Shown in pieces: positions 12,901 through 23,800 of a stretch of DNA of 64,000 nucleotides (the first letter of the stretch is position 1; each line of letters starts with the position of its first letter). The DNA is from Cenococcum geophilum. Its lineage: Eukaryota. Position numbers and translations under genes: made by a program. The notes beneath the pieces are model-generated. The model was not told the origin of the DNA and ran no database searches. It was given only the letters and a program-made list of their open reading frames with translations. The stretch spans positions 27,900,001-27,964,000 of the forward strand of contig CP158635.1 of the NCBI GenBank assembly GCA_050273025.1. The letters run 5' to 3'.

Positions 12901-13819
12901 TTTTAAATATCCTTATACTTATCTATAATAATCTAATAAGCTCTCCGTAGAGCTAGGTAAGCTCGCTTAATAAGCCTAACGGACTAGTATACCTTAGCTA
13001 GAACGGCTTTTATTGAAATAGTTATGGCCGTGGCGTACTATTAGAATTCCTTACTAATAAAGTTCCTGCTAGCGTTGTGGGTAATATACTTAGGAGGTCT
13101 AAGGTATATATCAATCTAGTAGGTCCGTAAAATGTCCCAAGTATATTTTATGGATATATTTTGCAACTAACGGGCGGCTTAATAGCGGGTTGCCTCATTA
13201 ATTATATATAATACTAGACTACCGTTAATGTATATAATGTCCACGTATACTAAGTAGTTAAAGTTAAGGTCCTTATAAAGGGTAAACTTAAATTAGCCTA
13301 GGGAACGTCCATATTTCTAGCAAAAAGAGCAGTATTTAGTTAGGTGGTTAATTGTTACGGACGCTTTAAGTACAATGTTACGACTACTTGGAGAAGAGTT
13401 GGAAGAAGCTAGTTAGTTAATACAGGCACGGTCTAGCATGGAGCCGGTAGAACCATGTAATAAGGAATGGTAAGCGAGTTATATAATATTATACGCAGTA
13501 TACGCAATGTACGAAGGGAACGTACGTATAACACGTATAACACGTATATTACGTATAAGAAGGATTTTATAGGAGTACAGTTGTGTATTTAAGGACCCTT
13601 AGTCCCTACCTAGATAGTTCCTTCCTTATAGTAATTCTCAGAATATAATTAGAGTTAATCTATTAGGCAACTACTCCACCAGTTGTTATTACGTTGTTGA
13701 CTTTTATACTTGTATTTCCTACACATCTAGCCTATTAACGAGCCCACCGTAGTTCTTGCTACAAAGTTCCGTTATACAATCACTACTAGGTACGGTATTA
13801 ATATAAGAAGTCGAACAAC

Positions 13820-16800
13820 ATGCCACTAAAAGCAGCCACTACGACGCCATCAACGGCGGCAACTACTTTAAGGTTAGGAGGTGACACTAATATAGCAGAT
13901 ACTAACTTATAGCAACCTATAACGGTCGGACAACTATAAGAGATAGTTAACCAGTTAATAGAAAATAATGCGATACTTAAATAAAGGATTAACGGGATAG
14001 GAGTAGTAAAGGTTAAGTTATTATCGATTAAAAGATTCTTAGGGGAGAGATTAAAGCTTAAAGGATTTCTTATGTAAATGCACTTTAAGGTAGCGCAGGA
14101 AGAAGTAAAGCTGGTAATACCTATGGATTAAATAGCGTATATAGGATTGTTCTTATTAGGAAAGGCACTTAAATAGTTTAAGCCTTACCTTATAGAGATA
14201 TAAGTAAATGGAATAATAATAACGAACTAAGAGGTACGGTTTATATTCTTAAGCTGGAATAGATTCGTAGAGCGACTTATATAAATGTTTAGAGACCTAG
14301 AGGCGATAACTACGGCGGAAAGAAAACTTTAAGATATTACGTAACAAACCTTAGCAATTAAGTATATAATATAGTTCTAGACGCTAGTAATATAAGTAGA
14401 GTGGAATAATAGGGCGCTTATAGCACAGTATAAATAAGGACTTAAGGCTAAAGTCTAGGATATAATTATTCTAATGGAAGATGCGGATACCCTAAGGGAA
14501 TTAATAGATTAAGCGATTAAGATTAATAATAGGATCTTCTAAAGGGAATAGGCTAAGAAAGGTTAGGATAAAGTTCTATAGTTGTATAAGGCGCAGAGTA
14601 CGCAATAATAAAAGCTAAGTTAGAAACTATAGTATGGCGCAGAGCTAATGGACCTAAGTAGTACTAAAGAAGCCTATAAGAGATGGAGTAAGAAACTATA
14701 GAAACCTAGAGGTTAAGGATCTAGTAATTATAGGACTAAGGAGCAGAGGCTAAACTAGGGATCTTATTAGCAGAAGACGTTTAGGCGGACTCTATAGCAA
14801 AGTTAGTGGTTTAGAGATAGAGCTTATATAAATTGCGGAAAATAGGGTCATTTCGCGAGGGATTGTAAAGATAGTTAGAGTTACTATGTAATAAAGGGAA
14901 CCTAACTAGTAGAAGACATATACGTATAGAGGGACAATAGTGTACTATAAGGAACAAAAGAATGTTTAATTAGAAGTTTCGCGTTTATTATAACAACATA
15001 TACCAAATTTATAAAGACGCTAAGTACGGTGTAAGCTATTAGCCATAAGAGCTAAAACCTATAGAGTGTAGAGGAACTAACGAACTATCGCGTAGGTTAG
15101 ACATTAAAGACGATAAGTTTAACGTAGGCGAAACATTTACAGACAATAAGGAAATAAAGGCAGTTTACTAGGAACGTGCAAACCTTAGAGAAGTTATATT
15201 AGAAGTAGAGACTGAGACCGCTATAAAGTAAGGTTTAGTAACGGGTATTATAACACTATTAGATACGGCATCTATCGCTTTATAAGATAAAAGGAAGAGT
15301 ATTTTAAAGAGATTAAGTAAGCAGACGACTGCTAGTGCTAATTTATCACTTAATAAAGGTAAAAGGCCAAAGGCTTAAGATTCTTAAGAGGAGATAAGAG
15401 AGATCTAAGATTCTACAGATAGGATAAGGATAGCTTAAGGACCTATAATGGACGAAAACCAATAAAGCAGAGTAGTAGCTTAGTTTAAAGATATATAAAT
15501 AAGCTTAGGACAAGAGTTCCTAACGGCATCAGATTCTTAAGACGAGATAGATAAAATTTAAGACTTTTAAGACAAGATAAGAACACTATAAACGCCTAGT
15601 TGGACTAAGGCGGGAGCTAAGCTTAAGTTAGAAGTAAGCTTAGGATTAAAGGATTTAAGGGACTAAGAATTTGGAGTACGAATAAGGACACCTATAGGTA
15701 AGAGGCAAAGAGCTTCTTTACAGATTAGAGAATCTGCGATATAAATAGTAGTTAAATTAGGAGACAGATATATAGACCTAGAGGACTTACTAGGGGAACG
15801 CAGTATTTAGCCTAAAGATTAAAAAGTTAATACTAAGATTAAGAAGCACGGAGACTTTAGGGATCTACTTATAAGACGTAATAGAAAAGAAACTATAGAG
15901 GAATTTAGAGCAAGAATTACTTTATAGCAAGAACAGAAACTAGATAAGAGATTTAGTATATTAGGACGTATAAGGGACAGAGCACCTATATAAAGAATTA
16001 CTAATAGGCTAAGAGTAGGCACACTAAAAGCTAAGTGGCTTACTAAACTAGAACAAGAAGAGGATTTAAGGATTCCAACTAGGTTCGAGGAACGACATAC
16101 TAAAGGTTATTACAACGTAGTAATAAGAAGATACTTCTTTACGGATAAGCTGTATATACTTAAGTAGCTGTACTAAAAGTAGTATAGGCAAAGGCATAAT
16201 AATGAGTGGGAAGATTTCTATATATAGTTAGATAAGAAAGTTATTTAAGACCACCCGATTATAGAGAAGGCTATAACTTATATTAAGGGAGCTTTAATTA
16301 TAATATTAAAGGATCTAAAGAAGTAATTAGAGGACTAAAGAAGCGAAAGATGAATTTTAGTACCTATAAACGAAGTTATAATGCTTAGATTAATACGAGA
16401 AAGGTTTAAACTTAAGGATAAAGACGAGCCGAGAGTTAACCTAAGATACTAAGCACATTATACACTATCGTGGATAGTATACGTAGATGATGCGTGTAAT
16501 ATATATAGAGCACCTAAGGACAAAAATCAGAAGTATTTAATGAGGATATATTAGATAACGGACAAGGCGAAATATTAAAACATTAAGTATATGCATGGTT
16601 GGCACCTAGTAAAAGTTTAAGAATAAAGGGACTTAATACTTTAACTAGGAAGATTCCTTACGGAAGAATGCCTAGATGGACGACAATAGTGGAAATATCT
16701 AGAAAATACCTGTCTATAGCATATTAAAGATAAAAAGCAAACTAAGTATTGGCTTAAGTTAGACTAAGTATAAATAGGATTAAGCAGCTAATAGTTAGGA

Positions 16801-16878
16801 AAAGTAGAGGCCTACGGGATTAAAAGGAACTAGTGGTAGAACCTTAGACCCTTAAAGGAATTTAAGGACAACACCTAA
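13820..16878 (+). pseudogene. gag: Long gag of element C with ~2 kb extension after the zinc knuckle
   Basis: ATG 13820 (MPLKAAT...). Knuckle NCGK*GHFARDC at ~14830-14870. Extra Cys/His motifs downstream. End approximate. Confidence 0.75.
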
Positions 16879-19800
16879 ATTTACGAGTTAAGTGGTAAAA
16901 TTAATAGTTTAAGGCACTAATAGATAGTGGAGTAATAAGGAACTATATCTCACTAATAGTAGTTAAAAGAATGGGGTTACCATATAGGAAAAAGGAATGT
17001 TCTTACCTATTAGTAACAATTTTAGGAGATCCGATAGCCTATAGAGGAGGCATTATTAATCTTAAAACAGAACCTATTTAGTTAACTATTAAAGGGAAAT
17101 AGATTAAGATGTCTTTTAATATATTACTATTAGGAAATAATAAGGTAGTATTAGGAATACCTTAGTTATAGGAATATAATCTAAAGATCGATTAGGTTAT
17201 AGGTTAGGTTAATATTAGGGATACTTAACGCCATAAGATATAATAACAAGCTAAGTTAGTATAGTACTAAGTAGAAGCAACCTACGAAGAAACTAAAAAA
17301 GGGTTAAGCTATATACTGAAGAGATACTACAAGTATAGTAAGAAACTATGGTCACTAAAAAGTAAAAAGCTGTTAGAGTATATAGTATAGGACTATAAAA
17401 TAGAATTAGAACTAGAAATAAGTTTAAGGTTTTTTCCAATCTATAAGCTTACTGAAGAGAAAGGTAGAGTACTTAAAGAGTTTATCTAGGAGAACTTATA
17501 AAAGGGATATATTAGACCATCGCAATTATTAGTAGGTTATCCAGTACTATTCGTCCTAAAGAAAAATAGCAAGCTAAGGCTGTGTATTAACTATAGATAG
17601 TTAAACAGTATTACTAGAAAGGATAGGTATCCTTTACCCTCAATTAGCGAAATCTAAGATAGGATAGGTAATACGTAAATCTTTATAAAGATAGATCTAA
17701 GATAGGCGTACTATTAGATTAGAATTAAGGAAGGCGATAAATAGAAGGCAGCCTTTAGGTTAAAGGAAGGACTATATAAACTATTAGTTATATAATTTAG
17801 GCTTATAAACGCACTAGCAACATTTTAGAAGCGTATTAATAATGTATTAAGAGAATACTTAGATGAATTTGTTATAGTATATCTTAACGATATTATTATC
17901 TACTTAATAAATAAGGAAGAATATAGAGAATACGTTAAATAGGTCTTAAAAAGACTATAAGAAGAATAGATGCTAGTAGCAATTAAGAAATATAAGTTCT
18001 TTACTAGGAAGACCAATTTCGTCGGATTTATTATTAAACCAGGCCAACTTAGCATAGATCCTAAGAAAATTAAGGCTATAGTGAATTGGTAGAAACTAGA
18101 GAACGTTATATAGTTAAGATTGTTTTTAGGGTTTTGCAATTACTATAGAAGGTTTATAGCGTAATGGTTAAAGAATATTAAGCTATTTACGCGGTTAATA
18201 AAGAAAGAAGAACTATAGGTATAGGGAAAGGAATAATAAGAACTATTTAAGGAAGTTAAGAGGTTGTTTACCTAAGAGCCAGTTCTTAAAATCTATTAAC
18301 TAGGTCTAGAGACAGTTGTAGAAATAAATATATTAGACTTTATACTAGGAGCATACTTTATATAGAAGCATCCAGATAAATAGCATCTAGTGGCATACTA
18401 TAGTTGGAAGATAACACTACTAGAACTAAACTATAACATCTATAATAAGGAGTTATTAGGTATAGTTATAGCATTAAAGAAATAGAGAGCATTCTTATAA
18501 GGTATAGAGAAACTATTTATAGTTAAGACGGATTATAAGAACCTAATAGGATTCCTAATAATAAAGGAACTTAACTAAAGATAGGTTAGATAGGTAGAGA
18601 TACTTACAGAATACCATTTTAAGATTTAGTATACTAAGGGTATAGATAATATAAGAGCAGACACTCTAAGTTAAAAAGCTAAACTATAAAATAATAAGAA
18701 GCCATTAGGGGCTTTATTGCGAAAAGATATAGATAGATTAATTAGATATAATTATCCGAAAATTATAGCGACTTAAGAAGATAAACTAGAGAAAGTTTAT
18801 AAGTTACTAGAAAGCTTTTAGGTATAAAGAATTCTAGAAGTATAGCTAGAAGATCTATAGTTGGATATATATAAAAACTAAGAAGCAAAGTATATCCTAA
18901 AGAGCATAGTAGAGTAATTTATAGAAGATTTCTATAAAGGACTAACTTAAGAACATAATAGAGCTATAGGCTTAGTATTAAGACTTTAGGAGGAGTATAT
19001 TATTGACAGAATCTAGAGAATAGCTAGGAAGGTTACTAGAGAGTGTCTAGATTACTAGAGGAATAAACTAATAAGGCATAAGCTATATAGAGGGCTATAA
19101 CCTATTAAAATACTAGAGAGACTATAGGAGGTTATATTATGGGACTTTATTATTAAGTTACCAAAATTAAGAGATCCTATTACTAGACAAGATTATAACG
19201 CGATCTTAGTAATAGTAAATAAGCTTATAAAGTGGGGATACTTTATAGCGTATACAGAAGAGATATTAGCAAAAGATGTCGCTAGAATCTATATTAAAGA
19301 AGTATTTATAAGATATGGAGTACTAAGTAAGATTATATCGGATAGAGATCTAAGATTTATAGCAGCATTCTAGGAGGTATTTTTAGCGGAGTAAGGAGTT
19401 TGAGTAGTAACTTCTACCGCATATTATCCGCAGATAGACGGTTAAACGGAAAGATTAAACTAGATACTAGAGCAGTATCTAAGGCACTATATTAATCACG
19501 TATAGAACAATTAGGTATTACTGTTACTAGTTATATAGTTTGCATATAATATAACACTACAAAAAGGAATAGGTACGTTACTATTTAAGGCGAATTATGG
19601 ATATAAGCTAAGAACATTATTATTGCCACATTAAGTAAAAAGGATAAGTAGTATAGCTAAGTAAAGAATAGAGACTTTAATAAATCTTTATATAAACCTT
19701 ATGGAAACAGCTAAGGTAATATAGCAAAGAATAAAGAAATACTATAATACTAAGAGATCTAAGGGACTAGATCTTAAGGAGGGGGATAAAGTATAGCTAC

Positions 19801-20209
19801 TATATAAAAATTTTAAGAGTTAATAACTAAGTAAAAAGTTGGACTATATTAAACTAGGACCTTTTAAAATTACATAAAGGATTTCACCAGTTACGTTTAA
19901 ATTAAACCTACTAGCTAAGATGAAAATCTACCCTATATAGTATATTATAATGCTAGAGCTAGTATATAGGAATATTAAGCCACTAGTTTATAAAGCAGAT
20001 ACGTATAGAGGGCGAGAAGAAGATAAATAGTAAGTTTTGAAGATCGTTAGTTATAAGGACGTTAATAATGAAATATAGTATAAGGTAAAGTGGATAGGCT
20101 ATAATAAGACTACCTAGGAACTATTAGAAAATTTAAAGAACGCTATAGGAAAGGTATAGGAGTATTAGAAGAAAATAGGTTAGGCAATATTAATAAAGAA
20201 GGATTGTTA
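16800..20209 (+). pseudogene. pol: pol (PR-RT-RH-IN-chromodomain) of element C
   Basis: ALIDSG protease at ~16915. [10 protein letters not shown](D)DII at ~17880. Integrase PQ(T)DG(Q)TER at ~19430. Y(K)VKWIGY chromodomain at ~20080. Confidence 0.9.
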
Positions 20210-20824
20210 AAAAATAAGTTACCTAAGGGGGACCTAGGAAGAGCGACTGCTAAACTACTTAGAGTTGTTCCCTTTATAGGAGGAGAGTCGGTTCTCTTAT
20301 TACTAAGTTCCTGTAGACCTTATTTTATAAGTTTCCACTCCTTAGAACGCATCTTTTTATAAACCTATTTAAGACGCAGAAGATAAGTAGAGGCCAAAAG
20401 ACGAGTTTTAAGGGCACGCTGTTAAGCAGCCGTAGCCTTTTATTCCGCCTTTTACGATTACCGTAGTTTATTAAAAGCGCTTAAGAGCTTACTATTAAGC
20501 TTTACAGTAGTAGATTAAACACAAAACCCTATAATAAATTACTTAGGAAACTTATAGACTATTAAGAGTTATAGAATATGTATACTTAGCGTTAGATATA
20601 GAGTAAACGTCGCAAGATAAATAAATATTCGCTTTAGTACACTTTAAATAAGAAGAGGGTTGCTAAGATAAGGGACTCGCTAGCGTAACGTAAACTAACC
20701 CCTCTTTCGCACAATAAGAACACGGAGATAGTATAATCTCACTAAGCGATAGTATGCTAGTAACAGTGCGAGCATAATGCTGCGCTTATAAAGAAGAAGG
20801 AGGTTTAGAAACCTTAGGAGATAT
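20143..20824 (-). pseudogene. Antisense two-exon ORF in element C: Zn2Cys6-like motif plus predicted helical tail
   Basis: Reads PCSYCAKEGLV(Y/C)...SS(Y/C)LKCTKANIYLSCDV. Putative 55-nt intron 20529-20583. Homologue in element D. Confidence 0.7.
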
Positions 20825-23800
20825 AATAAGTAACGATGTTAACTAAATTAATTAGACGGATATTACACCTCTAGTAAACAACTTAGAGATATTTAAAATC
20901 TTTAAGGACGAAGATAAAGAGGAGGGAGATAGTATTATGGACGCTTTAAGTACAATGTTATAACTACTTAGAGAAGAGTTAGAAGAAGCTAATTAGTTAA
21001 TATAGGTACGGTTTAGTATAGAGCCGGTAGAACTATGTAATAAGGAATAGTAAGCGAGTTATATAATGTTGTACGCAGTATACGCAATGTATGAAGGGAA
21101 TGTACATATAACACATATAACACGTATATTACGTATAAGAAGGATTTTATAGGAGTACGGTTGTGTATTTAAGGACCTTTAGTCCCTACCTAGATAGTTC
21201 CTTCCTTATAGTAATTCTTAGAATATAATTAGAGTTAATCTATTAGGCAACCACTCCACCAGTTATTATTACGTTGTTGACTTTTATACTTGCATTTCCT
21301 ACATACCTAGCCTATTGACGAGCCTACTGTAGTTCTTGCTACAAGGTTCCGTTATATTAATTGCCTTCCTATTAACGTTGTCGTGTCTAGAGCGTTTAAG
21401 GACTCTATATAGCTTTTTAGCTAATAGGTGGCCGAAGCGGCGGTATAGGCGGTAGATCTTAGTACTAGTAAGGTAGCACGGGTTATAGTTAAAAGATTCC
21501 TAAATATAGGTCTATAAAGTCTTTCCCTATATAAGGAACGGGTGTCCAAATTGTTGTATAATTAGTAGGGTAATATACTTACTTCTTAGGGCAGTTATAG
21601 GGCTAATTACGGTGTCTGTAACATTATTATAGTAGACCTATAGCCTATTTATATCCGCAAGACAAAGTAGAAAAGGGGTGTCCGCTTTTACTACGTAAAA
21701 GTTAACTAGGCTAATTAGGGTCTTAACTTTAACTAATCCAATTAATACGGTTAAGCCGATGCCGAATTAGACGTTTATAGCCCTAGTTTATATAATATTA
21801 ATGTCCGTATTGTTATTTGCGGTAGTCCTATATATAAGGTATTGTCTATAGCCTACGGTAGACTTCTTAGAGGCGCCTATATTAATTATAACACTGTAGA
21901 ATTCCTTAGGGGTATAGCGTTCTGTAGTAATATATGCAAATAGGTCCTGCTTATAATCTATAACGTCCGTAATAGGGGTACTTACGGAATAGTTTTCGAG
22001 TGTAACTAAGTGTAGGAAGGAACGGTCGGCTAATACGGTTGTAATATTAAAGGCTTAGCTATCCGTAAAAGGTCCAAAAGTGGTTAGGAATATCTCTAAG
22101 GTCTCTTATTCCTAAGCGTTTAAGTTAAAGTTAATTATAAGGGCTTCTATTAACTTATTAGGGGGCTTTTCTACTTTCTCTCCTTTATATTCTAAAATGA
22201 ACTGGTTAATATGGCTATTAAGTCTCTTCCTAGGTATACCTTATAAACCAATATCCTTCCTTACCGCACACGAAGCACTTCTAGCTAGTTTATCTATGGG
22301 GGTATATTATTATATGGGGGTTGCTATAGGGGTTATAGGTAGGACTTAGTTGGTACGGGTACTGCTAGCGGTAGCGGCGGTCCGTAAAGTAGACGTCTAA
22401 GTCTATTTATAGATATTAAATATCCGTAATAAAGGCTTAAGTGCTGCCTAGTAGGTTTAAGACTTTGTACATTATAATAGAGGAGCGTAAATTGTTAATA
22501 AGGCCAGTTAAGGTGTCTATAGGCTTATAGTAGGTGTACTTATAGGGCTCTACTTCCTGGCAGGCCGTAATAAGTTTATTATACAGGAAGTTGTCTATTT
22601 AAAGCTTAGCGTTAAGGCCGTGCTATAGGTGCCGGAGGTCTTTAATAAGAATTTATGGGCACTCTATAGTCGATTTTTTAGTATTCTTGTTGATTATAGT
22701 CTATAGCTTAGTCGCATTCTATTAGATAAGGATATTACGCTTATATTCCGGTCCTTTAAAGTAGTTGCGGGTGGCTTTATATAGCTTATTAAAGGGAATA
22801 CTAAGGGGGTTGCTCTTAAGGTTGGTGTAGTAGTAGTTAAGTGCTAGGCCGCGCAGTATAGTAGAGTAGGCTTAGCTGAACTTTTGTTTAGGAATGTTAG
22901 CCTTCTAGTAAAGGTCCGTAAAGATGGTTAGTTTAAAGTTAAAATTGTTATTTTTACTGCTATACTTAGATTTGTTAGTATAGAGCTTAGCTAGGTTAGC
23001 TAGCTCCTTACTATAGGTCTTTACTTAGGTAGCTTACGGATCTATAACTTATAAATCTATAGCTTGCGAATATATAGCTTGCGGATTTATGACTTAAATA
23101 ATAGGGGTAATTTGGTCTGTAATTTGGTTTATAGGGGTATTATAGTCTATAGCGTGGTCCGTAGCTTAAGAGTAGGGTATATTTTAGCCAGCGAGGTTAA
23201 TTCTAAAGCCGCTTAGGTTTATAGGGCGAATTTAGTTAAGTGGGTTAGGTATAAGGCTAGCGATCCTATTAAGTTTAGGAGAAGCAAAGAGGTCTTTAAT
23301 GGCTTTAACCAGGTTTAGGATTTCCTCTTTAGTCCATTTTATTTGGTCCTCCTTCTGTATTATATTGTATAAGGACTATATAATAGTGACTTATTTATCC
23401 TTTTTAACCTATACACCTTAGTGACGTAAAAGGGTTCGTAGGTTATAGATAGCAGTAGGGTTATAAGCCTTAAGAATAGCTTCTGTAAAGTCCGTAAAGT
23501 CTTCCTTATATTACTCCTATAGGTCGTTGTTTAGAAGCTTATAGTATCCATATTTAAGGATTTTAAAATTAATATAGTTGTTAACGCCGTCCGTAGACGT
23601 AAGGTTGACTCCCTAACTCTACTTCTTTTAACCTTTACTAATTTACTTAGTTATATCTGCTATATTATATAGCGTAGTATATCTATATAAGCCGTAGTGG
23701 GTAGTAGTAGCTTATAGCGGGTAGAGGAGGTTTTGTAATAGTCCGTAAAATTAATTAGCGGGTCCGTAACAGTTTAAGAGGTCTTGTAGTGGTCCGTGAA

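Larger units (their letters stand above)
13353..21356 (+). mobile_element. Ty3/Gypsy chromovirus C, full length (8.0 kb)
   Basis: 424-bp LTRs 13353-13776 and 20933-21356. TSD ttaat (13348-13352, 21357-21361). Purine tract at ~20915-20930. Confidence 0.95.

Noticed and set aside
15819..16022. Antisense ORFs at 15819 and 55163 shared by C and E
   Set aside because: They are the reverse strand of the gag extension, so conservation is explained by the sense frame.
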